A stretch of 57,773 nucleotides of DNA, filler included, from Catajapyx aquilonaris (GCA_000934665.2; 4 parts of 4 records of this genome joined end to end with filler, not necessarily neighbours in it); one strand, 5' to 3'. Shown: positions 1 to 14,100, counted from the first letter of the whole stretch. Numbers and translations: made by a program. Notes: generated from the sequence alone by a model not told the origin.

Positions 1-435
1 CGTCACTAAGGGACAGAATGGAAGAGTCATTGCAGACAAGGTTGGAGGAGACAGACTTCTCGAAATGTTTAGTTTGTGCAAATGATGTTGGAGGCGTTGT
101 CTGATTGCAAGGAACAAAGTCTCAAGCGACTTCGCGAGGTGACAGAGAAGAAGAGTGAATTACTTTTGCACACAATTTCCCTTAACTGTAGCCAGACTTA
201 ACAAAATATTTGCTAGAGAAAGCAATCACATACCCTTCACTGTGTATCATTGCAGCTGCTATGCAATTTATACCAAGGCGAATTAGAAGGGAAAGTAGAA
301 GCTAAGGATATAGATGAAAATATTAAACCCATCTCTTGTGGGAGGGAACACAAGGAAGGGCACACTTCGCTCTTCTGTAAGATCTCTTGAAGCAAATCAA
401 ATGATTATGTCGACTGATATTATGTTAATGATGAG

Positions 436-665
436 GGGAGACGGAGTGGCGCCGCGGTAACGCGCGCGCCCACGGAAGTTAAGGTCCCGGGTTCAATCCC
501 CACCCGGGGTTCCCACCTTCTTTCGTGCAGAGTTGGGCCATCTCTGGCTTCGTTTCGGGTGGCAATTTCCGACAGACTAAGCCACCCGGGGGAGTTCACA
601 AAATGACGATTAGAGACATTGCACTTGCACATAACCCCTTGCACATAACCACTTGCACATAACCA
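436..665 (+). mobile_element. tRNA-derived SINE, 3'-truncated copy
   Basis: A box TGGCGCCGCGG and B box GGTTCAATCCC; co-linear with the full copy at 44036-44427 through the GGAGTTCAC..AAATG..TGCAC..TTGCACAT core; ends in three TTGCACATAACC repeats. Confidence 0.8.
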
Positions 666-807
666 ATCACAGTCCTCGTTTGTGGTCACGTGGGCCTCCC
701 CTGCTTGCCACGCCCACTGCCCCCTTCTTTTGGCACCCCTGCCAATTGACCACTGTCAAGTTTCCCGCCAGTATAGAGGCATTGAAGCTCTGATAAGGAT
801 TCGCGAC

Positions 808-1783
808 ATGGAGGCTTCCATTTGGAAGAAGGTTTGGGATATGGAAAGAGCCTTGGAATCGGAACGGTTGGCTCATGCGGAGACACGGGTGGAGCTCGCT
901 GGTTTGAGGGCATCTGTGAGGAGTGTTGGAGGGGGCGCACACTCTCAGGATGGGGCACGGACATCTGGGGGATCTACTCAACCGTTCGTGCACTCCTGTA
1001 TGCGTTCATTTGCACAGGTTGCTGAAGAGGGAGGAGGGGGGCGGAGTTTTCGTGCCCCTTTGTGCCCTCAGCACCCTGCGGTTCTGGCCTTTGACAAACC
1101 GGTTACTATGGAGGAGGTGTGCACCCCCTGATGTCCTCTCTGATGGTTTCAAGACCATTCGTCCTACTCGGAATGGAGCAAGGATCACGTGCTACTCTGA
1201 GGGACAGCAGCAGGCGGTCGTACAGGCTTTCAAAGAGGCGACGGATGTTAAAGCTCACTCATTTAATAGGCTGCGTCCGTCTGTGCTTCTGTTAGGGGTA
1301 GATAAGAAAACATACGATGGCCAGACGCTAGCGAGAGAGCTCGTAACTTCTAATGCGGATTTGTTTGAGGGCATCGGAAAAGTGGAGGAGCACCTCCAAG
1401 TGATCATGCCGCGCAGAAGTCGCATCCTCGACTTGCAGAACTGGGTCGTGGAATTGTCTCCGGCTCTTTTCCGCAGCTTCATGGCGCGCGGGAGGATTAC
1501 GTTGGGAATGGTGTCCTGCAGGGTGGATGAGAATGTTCGGTCGGATAGGTGCTTCCGCTGCTGTATGTATGGGCACATCGCAGAGGGGTGCAGGGCTCCC
1601 GTGCGTTGCGGCTATTGTGGGGGAGGACACGAGCAGGCCAGATGCCAGGCCATGGCGCCGAGATGCATGCATTGTGAGCAGGCGGGCAGGGCTACTACTG
1701 GACACCCTGTCTGGGCCATAGATTGCCCCTCCTGGATTAGACGGCGGGAATACCTTAAGTCACGTATCGATTATGGGCACTAA
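808..1783 (+). pseudogene. LINE ORF1 (gag-like, three zinc knuckles), frameshifted near 1125
   Basis: Coiled-coil-like N-terminus and RSFAQVA in ORF 682..1131; CFRCCMYGHIAEGC, CGYCGGGHEQARC and CMHC..H....C in ORF 923..1783. Confidence 0.85.
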
Positions 1784-4700
1784 ACCAGGGATACGGGTGG
1801 GCCAGGTTAACGTAGGAAAGGGCAAGGAATCCACCTCTAGGGCGGTGGAATGGGCGCGGGCGGCGCGGGAGAGAATCGATATCCTCTGTTTGCAGGAACC
1901 GCATATTCTTACCCTGAGCAACAAGCATAGACATAGGACGGTTGCTAAGACAGGCCACAAAGTGGCTGTTGTTGTTCTGCACCCCGACCTCAGAGTCCAA
2001 ATAGTGGAAAGTTGCTCGGACCGTTTCTGGCATACCTATAAGGTTGGGACTGGTACGGAGGCATTTACACTAGTCTCTGCATAGTGCATATGTATCCCCG
2101 GGAACCTCCCTGGATGTGACTTTGGAAGGTATTGAAAAGGGAATGACGCGAACTGGTAAAGCGATCATATTGGGGGATTTTAACGCTCGCTCCCCGGTGT
2201 GGGGGGATTCGGCGGAATCGGACCGGGGTCTGAGGATGGTGGATTTGACTTCGGAACATGATCTATTAATCGTGAATGACGCGAGGGAGGGTCCCACGTT
2301 TCAGACAGGTAATGGTCGCAGCTACATTGATCTTACGCTTGCTAAAGGATCTATGCAACTCAGCAGTTGGCGGATAGACTCTGAGGAATTATGGAGTGAC
2401 CATAGACCCATCACTTTTGTAGTAGATAATTCGTGGCCACCGGAACCGGGGTCTCTGTGGGTGGTTGACAGAGCTGACTGGACGGGGTTTGGAAAGGCCG
2501 TAAAGGAGTGGACGCTGCAAAATGCGATTTCTCCTGATTTATCGGTGGGGGAGACGGAGATGTTAGCCGAGGAGCTGCAAGGGGAATGCGAGAGAGCAGC
2601 TCGGCAGTTCATCCCCAGCAGGCGGGTGCAATCTAGGGCTTTGTGGTCGTGGTCCCCGGAGCTGGCACGTCTCAGGAAGCAGTCCAGGAATTTTAGGAGA
2701 CGTTGGTAGCGTATTAGGGGTCGGGTCAGAGGTGCTGATGATGAGGAGAGAGATGCCTGGAGAGCCTATGCCGAGGTCCGGAAATTATACAAGGAGGCTC
2801 TCAGGAACCATAAATTAGAGAGCTGGAAACGATACTGCTCGACACAGGCGGAGAAGGATCCTTTTTCGCTGCCGTATAGAATCCTGGTGGGCAAACCGGG
2901 CCGGAGAGTTGAAGGGACCGCCCTGGATGTTGAGGTTTCCATAGAGGAGAGCGATAGGAGAAAATTTGCTAAGTACTTTCCGGAGGGAGATGTTTCCTGG
3001 CGGGAGGATTATAACTGTGATTGGGAGGAGAGGGACCATGGATGGAGTGAGGTGACTTTAGGTGAACTTAAGGATGCAGTCAACAGCACTAACCCCGGGA
3101 AGGCCCTAGGGCCGGCAGGCCTGCCACTCCAGTGCTTGGGACAGCTCCTTCAATATATAGGAGAATATTGGACCACGTTGTTGAATGCTCTGTTCATTAG
3201 GGGAATTTTTCCTGATGCCTGGAAGCAGGGGCGGCTGGTGTGGCTGCCCAAGGGCGAGGGGGGAGATGTTCGCCCTATATGTATAGGTACGGCTTTCGGG
3301 CGGGTCATGGACAGAGTCTTGAATGGTCGAGTCACCCATTGGGTTGAGAGTAGTAGACTCATGGACGACTCTCAGTTTGGTTTTCGTCGCCAGAGAAGCG
3401 TCGTGGAAGCAGTTGGACACCTTATGAGCGTGGTTAGGGGTGAGTGGTTGCAGCAACGTCATGTGTTGTTAATTACGCTCGATATGGCAAATGCATTTAA
3501 TAGTGCACCCCATGATCGCATCGTCACTCAGCTCAGAATGATGGGAGGGCCTAGGTGGTTGGTGCGTGCCGTCTCGGGTTTTTTTGGGCCCTCGACAGAT
3601 CACATTGGGTGATCAGAAGCACCTGATGACTAGGAGGTGTCCCCAGGGCACTAGCCTTGGCCCCACGCTATGGAACATCCTTATGCATCCCTGGTTCGAC
3701 CTGGTAAGAGGTGAAGGGATGGGCAGGGCTGCTCCACAGGCCTATGCGGACGATCAAGTCATCTGTATCAGCGGCTCATCGCTGGATGATCTTATGGATG
3801 TGTGGGATGGCATGAGCCCGGCTTTGCTGGGCTGGGCCAGTGATAATGGCTTGGCTTACAACCTGTCCAAAACTGAATATTTATTTATGCCGTGGAAGAC
3901 CCTGGGAAAAGGGGTAGTAGTTCCGAAGGTTCACTTTCAGGGGACCCCCCTGCTGAAAAGGGAATGTGTACGAGTCCTTGGACTGTACGCGAACCCTAAA
4001 TTTTCGTGGATCCCTCACGTCTTAAGGGTCTCCTCCAAGGTGAGAATGATGGGTAAGAGGCTTTGCTGCATTATGGGAAAGAGGTGGGGAGTTCCCCCCA
4101 ACCGCAGGAAGCAGATAATATTAACGGCCATTATTCCCATGATCGTCTTTGGAGCGGAGATCTGGGGAGCCCGGGCGGGTGGGGTTCGAATAGTTAGGCA
4201 CCTGAACAAATGCATTCGCCCCTTCCTGCTCGCGCTGACTCGCACCTACAGTACTACTCCCACAAATCTCCTGTATGTCCTGTCTGGCATTCCTCCCTTG
4301 CACCTCCAGGCGATGCAGCTACACAGGAATTATGAGGATGTAAAGTTAGGTGTACGCCTGGGGAAAGTGCTTGGCAAACACCCCGTACATAAACTCATGC
4401 CTCCCTGGCAGTGGCCAGATTTTGAATTTGGGACATGGAGGGGCTTTAAGGAGGCTGGGGAGGATGCAGTGTTCCTTTTCACTGATGGTTCGGTCAGCGA
4501 TGCGGGGAGTGGAGGAGCGGTTGTGCGATTTGATGCTGAGGGACAATGTAATGGGATCCGCAGTTTTGGCTTCAATGAGACAGCGCCTATCTACCTTATA
4601 GAACTTTCTATGATCTTGCAGGCTGTCTTATGGGCCAAAGAAATACGTGCTATTAATGGGGCTCTTAAGATATGGGTCGTTACGGATTCCCAGTCGAGCC

Positions 4701-5387
4701 TACAAACGATCGTCGATAACAGGACTGATAATCCTATCGCTGTTCGCATCCAGGATCATATGCGTGATCTGTGGATGTCCATTGTTTTTGCATGGGTTAA
4801 AGCCCATGCGGGCTTTGAAGGAAACGAGAAAGCCGACGAGGAGGCTAAACGCGCCGCTGGGAGTTAACTCGGAGTTGGATCAGTGGGAGGAGTTGAGTAG
4901 TGAGACGGATGAGGCATTCCAGAGGGAGGAAGGATGCTATTTGCCGGACACTAAAGCGGTTATTATTAGGAAGGGATGGGAACTAGTCATGGAGACCTGG
5001 CAACAGGGTTGGCTTGAGGCCTGTGCTGATGAGGTCTATTTTGCTTTCCTTCCCGGCGTAAGCCTCGATCGGTTCGTGCATGGACACGTTGCCCGCATGG
5101 TTTCGGGGCATGGACCCTACCTTGCCAACTTAAGGAGATTTGGACGCAGGCGTTCCGGACAGGATCGGTGCCCTTGTGGTGGGGGCCTACAGACCAGCAT
5201 GCATCTTATTTATGACTGTCAGCTGCCGGGGGTCACGACCCGAAGGACGCCTTTGCTCGCTGCCGCTGTGAGAGGTGGCTTCGGTTGGCCCTGCTCCCAG
5301 CAGGTATTGTTGTCGGATGTACTATGGGAGGCATTCAATACTTTCTGCCTGGGGGTGGACGCGCTTATGGCCGAAAGGAATGCGTGA
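1773..5387 (+). pseudogene. LINE ORF2: APE endonuclease, reverse transcriptase, RNase H, C-terminal CCHC; disrupted
   Basis: EN motifs QVNVGK, LCLQEP, GDFNARSPVWG, IDLTL, SDHRPI. RT motifs RPIC, QFGFR, LDMANAFN, CPQGTSLGPTLWN, YADD. RNase H motifs FTDGS, TDSQS, WVKAHAGFEGNEKADEEAK. C-terminal SGHG..CPC...H....C. Stops at 2082-2084 and 2707-2709; frameshifts near 2090-2115, 3580 and 4860. Confidence 0.92.
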
Positions 5388-6279
5388 GCTGCTCAATCGC
5401 AATGAGTTGGGGGAAGGCGGCTCTGGCCGGATGCGCTTTTACACGTTGGCATTTGGGGCGGGCCCGTGATGGTTGTTTAGACTAGAGGCTTCCTCCTCCT
5501 CTCTTCGCGATGGCTGCGAGTCCGGGGATGTTGGTCGACAGAGACCGTTCCTTGATTTTGAGTTAAATATGAACTTTGCATTCCCCAGTCTTTTAGGGCT
5601 GCAAAATGAACGGCCGCCTGCAAGTACTTGCAGTAAACAAGTTACCTGCGTTCGGTCTCCTTAGTTACGGTGCGAGCTAAAAAGAGCGCCGTTTTCGTGC
5701 GGCTGCAAATGTTGCGGTCGGACTGCAAGTAGGCAGGTTTGGAAATACGGAAACCGCCAGGAGGGAAGCCATATCATGACGTCACGATTGTTGTGCCCAT
5801 TGTTATACCCATTGTTATAGTACCTGGACTAACCAAGTATGCCGATCGGGTATCCCTCCAATGGAAAAGNNNNNCCCCCCCCCCCCCCAAAAAAAAAATC
5901 GAACGCCGCCAGGCGGCACTGCTGTCGACAGATGTTCACCTCCCCTGCACTCCCCTGCCTGCCGCCGCTTACGGCGGGCTGCATGGACGCGGGTAGTTTT
6001 ATGCCTACAATTGCGGTTTAGGCCGGAATCGTGGTGGCTCGCGTAAGTCTGCAGGGGCATAAATTGTGACGTAACTCCTATACGGACGACGGACGCCACC
6101 GTGGTGAAAAGTTACGGGAGGCGCGCGATTGAAAACATCCTGTAAATCCACGGGACCTCTCCAGATTCCGTAGGACTTATGGGAGTGTTGGCCCTGGGCT
6201 TTTTCAGGCCCCCAGGGAGTTTTGGTGGGGCAGGGTTTGCTTCAGGTTGCGGGGGAGAGTGCCCGGGGAGGCATGGGGC

Positions 6280-6560
6280 TTGGGGCGGCCCCGGGGCGGC
6301 CCGGGGGCCTTTTCGGATGTGACTTCCGTCAGGTCGGATTTTACATCGCCTCACCAACCAAATGCAATGAAATCGTGTGGAGTGAGGACCGGGACGGATC
6401 GTGGGTGTAGGCGGACAGTGGCTAGGGGCGGCCCCGGGGCGGTCCGGGGCCACTTTGAATGTGCGTTCTCAGTTCTGTAATGTCGGATTTATCACCACAT
6501 CCCCAACCGAATGCAATGCAATGGTGTGGGGTGCACCCAGGGGCAGCCCGAGGGCCTGTT
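6280..6560. repeat. GC-rich imperfect tandem repeat, unit about 145 bp
   Basis: GGGGCGGCCCCGGGGCGG..GTCGGATTT..CCAACC.AATGCAATG recurs at about 6282 and 6425. Confidence 0.6.
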
Positions 6561-7869
6561 TGGATGCTCATTGTATAGTCGGGAAGGATATGCACCGCCC
6601 GCCGGCCACATGGTTCACATTGCGCACCTAGGGCCCTACGCCGATGATTGCCACCCTACCCCCCAACCTTGACAGAGAAACCCCCACCCCCACCCTTGCC
6701 CCCACCTACACACACCCCACATGCAACCCGCGCGAGAAGCCTGTTCCGGGATTGGCTGTTAGAGCCCATTGCGTCACGGATACCAGGCTTTGCAAGTGAT
6801 ATCTGGGGGTTGCGGGGGGGTTGGTCCGGCCGATTAAAGAGCCGATAAGCTAGTTCACCACGATGGACTTCTCCTTTAGATATAAGGCTCCTTTACCGGC
6901 CGCCATGTTTACAGGCGTCACGTGACTTGCAGGAGCATACATGTGGGAGACTCCGCGATTCCGGCCTTATTGTGCTCGGATAATTATCATTATTTTTTGC
7001 GGTGTACTTTAAACCATAACTAACTACTGTGCGGTGCAGGTCCATCGTCTCAGGGGACATGCTGAAGTGTGAGAGAGAAGCTCTAAATGTGGCTATCTGA
7101 ACCTGCAGCACAAAATTATCTCTGTAGCATTCTTCATATATGCCAATGTGCGGATCTTTCAGCTTTGAATATGGGCCCTCCACCCCACCTTTACTTAATG
7201 TAAGCATTATGGGGATAGGTGTTCAGTGTAACACCACCACCACCACTACCATCATCATCATCATCACATAATTATATCTTTCATACAATACAGTATTATC
7301 ACAGAATAATTATATTATGGTCCAGAGCCGCCCGCCATCCAATGACAGCCCAATAATGTACATGGTCACAATTTTTCATCGTCATCCATTGTCAGTCGTC
7401 CAGTCAAAGATAAAGCACAATATTTTGAAAAAAATTTGGTCTCACCAAGTTATAACAATATGGGATTATTCAGACCCGGGCCGCAAGTTTTAACGCGGCT
7501 ATTTTGGCAGACGGTATATTTAGAGGTAGCTATAATAACAGATAGGAACAAGCTCCAGATTTTATTGCCTGACATTTGGTGCGAAACTTCATTGTGATAT
7601 CAGTTATTCCATAGTAGTTATATTGGTTACATCACACATACTAGTTATAACCAATATATTACTATCATACTACCATAGTTACATTGGCTATGTTAGTCAT
7701 ATTAGTTATAACTAATATAACTGTTATACTACTGTTGTTATAATGGTTATATCAGACATACTGGTTACATTGGTTACATCATACAAGTTATAACCAATGT
7801 GCGTAACATACAACTACCATAATAACCAATATAACTCAGTTATATTGTCATACAGGTTTATTGGTTATA

Positions 7870-8052
7870 CAGGGTGTTCGAAATTCGTGGGTAGGTTTTT
7901 ATAACTGATATCACCCAATAGTAGTTATTTTTGTGGCTTGTTGTGCTCCATTTTACTCCCATGGCTATAGAATGGGCAATCTGGTTAGGGGCACAACAAG
8001 CTACAAATAATAACTAATATAAAAACGAGCCACGAATTTCGAACACCCCGTG
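7870..8052. mobile_element. Tc1/pogo-like MITE within AT-rich (TTATAACCAATATA)-type repeats
   Basis: TA-CAGGGTGTTCGAAATTCGTGG at the left end and CCACGAATTTCGAACACCCCGTG-TA at the right end. Confidence 0.6.
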
Positions 8053-9229
8053 TATCCATCATACTGGTTATAACCAATATAGCAATCATACTAGCTATAT
8101 TCGTTATATCAGCCATACTATTACATTAGCTATATACAGGGTGTTGCAAGTTCGTGGGTCACTTTTCTTATCACCAAATTTGGTATACCGTCGTAATAAA
8201 GGTACCCCCCGACGAAGAAACTGCGTGGGGCGTTCGAAGACACTTCCGTGGTCGCTCAGAACTCTCCCGCCGAAAATGTACCCGGACCAAAAGTGATCAG
8301 TACAGTGTCCAAGTGAAGATTTCCCCACTACAAAACCGACTGCAAGTCACTTGCGGGACCCCTCAACCTGCCGGCAACTTGTGGCTGCAAGTCTGCAATC
8401 TGCAGGCCGACTTGCAGCCTGCAAGGGTGTTCGTTTTCGCTCCCGCAAACCGCAGGTAACCAAGGTAACGTAAACACTTTGGCGGCTGCAACTTTCCAGG
8501 CGGGCGTTCATTTTGCAGCCCTTAATTTGTAATCGTTAATTGTTAATGTAAAATATGTCGGCGTACCGGGTTTTTATTGCGTCGCGTTTTAAACTGCTAC
8601 AGTAGGCTACCGTTTTCATCATTTAAATTGTGGGGCGGCGCCCGCCTTACCGGCGTTGCGGGCGCGCGGTTGGCCCGGTGGGGTGCGGGGACGTGCTCAA
8701 TCGCCGGGGGTCCGCGCTCCCGCAGTGGTGGCCGGGAGGGGCGGTCGCCGTCTTTTCTTGTTGGTGCGCCGTGTAATACGGATCGATTAAGTAGTGAGGT
8801 TTTAACGGGGACGTGGCTCCCCGGGGTTCCTCGGGGTTGCGCCCTGCACCCCGGTGTTTCCCGGGGGGACCATTGCCCTCTGTCGGCGGGTCGGGTTGGT
8901 TACCGACCCGGTCCTGTCGTTTGTTGTCAGTCCTGATCGTTCCGTTGTGTCATTTGTTTGATTACTCAGTGTTCCTTGTGATGATATATGTTGACTGTTT
9001 GTGTTCACACGTTTGTTTACTTTATTTTGTTTCTTTTCCGGCATTTTCTTTTGGCCTGGGGGCCCGTCCCTCAGACGGGTTCCCCATCTTTCTTTATTTG
9101 GTATTCTGAAAAGAGGCGTCCTGAAAAGGACTGGTCGTTTTTATTTTTGCCCCTTCGGGGCGGTCTTTTTCTTTATTTGTTTATTGGACATATTTGTATT
9201 AAGTTGAATGCCAGGGACTTGCGGTTTTG

Positions 9230-10273
9230 ACGGTTTTGACCGTGCATTGGTGAAATTTGGTAGGAATGTCCCTGAGACCATACTCTTCCAATCCAGATAT
9301 GGCGCCACGGCCGTTTTCGCCCCGGAGGCCAGTAATTGCGGGTTGGCTACCCTTCAGAGAGTGAAGTCTTTTTCAGAGCGAACTATGCTTCTCAGGAGGA
9401 AATGTGCCAATCAAAGGTTGTACAGAAACATGTGTTCTACAAAAATATATAAGTACCTTTTCCACGTAGAGTTCTTATTTTCAGAGCTACAGTGACTTGA
9501 ACCCATAGTAATGGAATTAAGGGAATCAAGGGTCAACCATGCACTTTGGTGATGAAAGCATGAAATTTGGTAAGAATGTCCCTGAGACCATACTCTTCCA
9601 ATTCAGATGTGGCGCCACCCCCGTTTTCGCCCCGGAGGCCCGTAATTGCCGGTTGGCTACCCTTTAGCGAGTGAAAAGTATTTTTCAAGTCACTGCAGCT
9701 CTGAAAATAAGGACTCTACGTGGAAAAGGTACTTATACATTTTTGTAGAACACATGTTTCTGTACAACCTTTGTTTGGCACATTTCCTCCTGAGAAGCAT
9801 AGTTCGCTCAGAAAAAGACTTTTTACTCGCTGAAGGGTAGCCAACCGGCAATTACGGGCCTCCGGGGCGAAAACGGGGGTGGCGCCACATCTGGATTGGA
9901 AGAGTATGGTCTCAGGGACATTCCTACCAAATTTCACCAATGCACGGTTGACTTTTTTTCGTCCCTTAATTTGGTTCAAGTCGCTGTAGCTCCGAAAATA
10001 CGGTCCGTTCTTGGAAAGGTTACTATATACTTTTTGTAGGATACATGTTTTCCCACAACATTTGTTTGGCACATATCCGCCTAGGAAGCATAGTTCGCTC
10101 AGAAAAAGACTTGTCACTCGCTTCAGTGTAGCCAACCCGCCTCCTGGGCCAAAACGGGCGTGGCGCCATATCTGAATTTGAAGAGTATGCTCTCAGGGAC
10201 ATTTGTACCAAATTTCATGCTTTTTTCACCAAATGCACGGTTGACCCATTATTCGTCCCTTAACGTCCGGACT
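9230..10273. repeat. DNA-transposon-like repeat of about 300-bp units arranged head-to-head
   Basis: Unit GAAATTTGGTAGGAATGTCCCTGAGACCATACTCTTCC.. occurs about 1.4 times forward (9240-9680) and twice inverted (9680-10270); ends ..CGTCCGGACTA. Confidence 0.7.
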
Positions 10274-11048
10274 ATTTAGTCTCTTTATGGACACATTTGA
10301 ATTACCTGATGAATGTCAGGGATTTGCGGTAACAATCAACCGCCAGCTCTTCAAGCGGTTTTGAATTGGAATACTCATTTGGCCATTTGGTGGAGTTGTG
10401 TGTGTCTATGTGGACTGTTTAGGTTTCTGATTGGGATTGAGGATGAGAGGTCATGCCGGGCCATCCTCATTAAATATTTAATTTAATCAAGTACTGCGCA
10501 TGTGCTCTCGGGGATGGAACTGCACGCGCATGCGCAGCCGGCGCGGCGGGATGGATTCGAACACGCATAAGTTCGACTTTGACGCACAAGTTCGACTTTG
10601 ACGCACAAGTCGATATGGAAACAGCCCTCTTTCCCATGCAAACAAGGCATGGAAACGCACACGCAAAAGTACGACTTTGACGCACAAGTCGTAGTTTCAA
10701 GTCGATATGAGTTCAGACCTTCAGGCTAGCTTGGAGATTATGGTTGCATCAAAACCAAGTTACCTGGGAAAATAGGAGCCATCCAGACAATACTGACTAT
10801 CCATATGAAAACATGTCGGGGAGGACCCGCAATTTACTCACATTCTAATCACAACCGACACCCAGAGTTTCTGAATCTGCCTTTCGTAACTTAGGAGAAT
10901 GAGTTGATTGAAGGATAAATATTTTAATAGTGAAGTATTACCATGCAGTATAATATTTTAAGTTGCGATCCCATTAGGTGTAGCAGGCAAGGGCCTTGGC
11001 GATGGAAGTGTCTGTTTCCGAGGCATAGAAGATATGCTATATTGCACT

Positions 11049-11049
<1 letters not shown>

Positions 11050-11113
<64 letters not shown>

Positions 11114-14100
11114 TCATTCATTCATCAGCTTTATTTATTTCATTAGGTCGGCTGCAGCAACTGCCACTTTGCCGACCTAGCACATCAAAACATCAACACA
11201 TCAAAAACATCATCATAACAAAATTTCAATAAAATAATAATAATAAATTTAACTTCATCTCACACATGAACCCTGACTACAAACCACTTTATCTCTTCGT
11301 TTATTGACAAGCGCATGAAGATACCGACACAGCCCCCCTCTTTTCCTAACATCTAGTAACATCGAATACATCTCCTTTATATCTTTAACTCTTTCCACAC
11401 TCTGAAGCCATAACAGTCTTTCTCCATCCATGACCTTACAATCCTGTAGAACATGCAACAAATTCTCCTCACCCTCCCCACATAAATAACATTTCCTTTC
11501 ATCGTCCCCTAACCATCTCCAATTACTTCTTGTGAGCGTTCCACATCTAAGTTTTGCCAAAACCTTCAGAAATTTCACATTATCCCTTTGCAGATAGTCC
11601 TCTTCCCCTAACTCAATTTTCAGGTACCTATAATCCGTCCAATTTTCTGATGAAGTAATCCTAGCCCACCTTTCTGCAACCTTTCTGTCTTTTAGCTTAT
11701 CTAGTAATCCACTCCTCTTTTTCTCCCAAGTCAACCTCTGCCACTCTTCATCGTCTTCAACACCCCATTCCCTTTCTTTTAATTTTAAATCCTTCCACCA
11801 TAACTGATCTTCCCCGCTCATCCTCTTCATCTCCATCCATATCCTCCCCAACAAAGTGCCTTGATTCATATTATCAATTTTGGCCAACCAGCGCAATGTC
11901 CCGCCTATTGCCGCCACCTCTACCTCAACCATACCAGTTTCCATCAGTACAATATACCCTGGAGTATTTTTGGACAGCCCTAGCCAACGCAACGCTTTAA
12001 AAACCCCTCCTGAACACTCTCTAATGCAGCCCCCACCTTCAATCCCCAAATCTCCGCCCCCTGTAGAAGAATGGTTCTTACCAAGGCATTGAACAAACTC
12101 TTAACCACTCCCCATTGCTCAATTTTTTCTCCCTACATATTCTTCTCACATTTTCCAACCCCATACAAGCTTTCCTTCTTAGATATTTGATATGTTCAGA
12201 AACCTTCCCATTTGTAGTAAACCAATAGCCCAGATACTTGTATTTACAAACCTCTTCTATCAGTTCCCCTTTCCAATACCACTTGTCCTTTTTAGACATC
12301 CTCCCTCCATTTCTAAAAACCATGACTTTTGTCTTATGAACGTTCAGTGTTAAAGAATTAATCTCCAAATGTTTCTCCACCTGCTTTATCATAATACTGA
12401 GCTGTTCTCTCTCTTCAGCCATCATTACCATGTCGTCAGCGAACATAAGCCCCCACACCTTTTCCCTTCCCAACCATACTCCTCCCGAGTTCTCCCTTTC
12501 TTACATTTGCAACCAATCATTAACATAAAGTATGAAAAGTAGAGGGCTCAACGGACAACCCTGCCTCACTCCTTTTGTTGTCCAAAATATCCTCCCCTTT
12601 TTCCCCACCCTGTTCATTGTTTCTTGATACATGTTGCAAAGAATTTTCCATGTTTTCCCCCTGATACCAATATCCCATAATTTGTTCAACAACTTAATCC
12701 TGTCTACTGAATCAAAGGCAGCCTTTAAGTCAACATATAAAGCATACAACTTTCCTTTTTTCCTACTAATCCTATGCTGAACTAGAGCATTAAAAATAAA
12801 AATGTTGTCCATTGTACCACGCTTCACCCTGAACCCAGCTTGTCCTTCATGCAACATATTTCCTTCTTCCGCCCATTTCCTAATTCTACTTTCTAAAATA
12901 ATTGCCATAATTTTATATAAACCGTTCAGAAGAGAAATTCCTCTGTAATTCCCCACCACTCCTTTGTCCCCACCCTTATGGACAGGACAAATTTGTGCCT
13001 CCCTCCATTTCTGAGGGATTTCCTCTTTCTCCCAGATATAATTAAATAACCGAGCAACTTCTTCCACCATCCTATCACCACCCTCTTTGAAAAATTCATT
13101 GATTATACCATCATCCCCTGGAGACTTTCTTCTTTTTAATCTCTTTGTGCTATCCTCCACCTCCCTGACTGATATCTCTCTATCCCACCCATTCATACTA
13201 TCTCCACTATGAATTGAAAATACCACAGCAGTCCTGCTCCTTTCCCCTTCCAAAAGAGTTGCGAAATGTTCGACCCAAGCCTCGTCTGAAATTGACTTAT
13301 CCACAGCCTCTCTCACCTTAACTGTACCTCTGAGTCGCTCCCACATTTCCCCTTCATGTTCAATTCTTTTCCAACCCTCAATCATAATTTCATCAAGCTT
13401 CTTCCTCTTTATCCTACACAATTGGCTATATATTTTCTTATTTTCTATATACTCTAATCTGTCATCCTCCCTCCTCCTCTTTTTAAACCTGTTCAAGGAT
13501 ATCCAAACTTCCTTCCTCATTTCCCTACATTCCTCATCGAACCAAGCCGCCCTTTTCTTATTCCCTCTGGTTATTTTAAATTTCATCCCCACTGCCGCCT
13601 GATATATCCAATTTCTCAAAGATTCTTCTCTCTCATCAACTGTTTCTTTCTCTTCCTCAATTTCTTTCAAATTTAGTTTTTCTTTATATTCCTCCCCTTT
13701 CGCTTCCACCCAACGATATCTGTGACCTATCCCCCCCCCCTCCTTCATAGCAGGATCTACAACATTTTGGCAAGACTCGATGTGAAGCTCAAGTGGTTGA
13801 TGATCAGATTCAATTCTAGTCCCCACTTGCATGGTTTAAACTTTTCCCAACCCCCCTCGCCTACAATAACATAATCAATTACCGATGTTCCTTGCTTTCC
13901 GACAAACGTACATCGACCCTCCCTATCACCTTCCAACCTCCCATTTACTATTATCATTCCTCTCTCAGACCAAATATCCAATAATTTTTCTCCCTGATAG
14001 TTTACTACTAAATCTTGAGATTCTCTTTCAGCTGGTAAACCCTCTTTTTAATGAACTCCACAGAACCCTCTTTCCCTATTCGACCATTGAAATCCCCTAT

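Larger units (their letters stand above)
5596..8521. mobile_element. PIF/Harbinger-like non-autonomous DNA transposon
   Basis: TIR GGGCTGCAAAATGAACG(G/C)CCGCCTG at both ends; 3-bp TTA TSD (5593-5595, 8522-8524); no transposase ORF seen. Confidence 0.75.
666..10487 (+). mobile_element. R1-clade-like non-LTR retrotransposon with RNase H, decayed; 3' UTR probably interrupted by two insertions (boundaries approximate)
   Basis: Gag-like ORF1 overlaps ORF2 (EN-RT-RNase H-zinc finger). A T-rich UTR-like sequence resumes after 8524 and ends in a stem-loop TGAGGATG..CATCCTCA (10438-10469) plus an AT-rich tail. The extent beyond 5590 is inferred. Confidence 0.7.

Noticed and set aside
1100..4870. Programmed frameshifting in the R1-like element
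   Set aside because: Several frameshifts and in-frame stops fall inside conserved domains, which indicates decay.
10569..10710. 19-bp repeats AAGTTCGACTTTGACGCAC as a CRISPR array
   Set aside because: The units are directly tandem with no regular unique spacers and no cas genes, in a eukaryotic context.
10924..11146. ORFs with poly-L/N/I/Y tracts (also at 44206, 48780, 50505, 54126)
   Set aside because: These are translations of (AAT)n microsatellites or retroposon tails.
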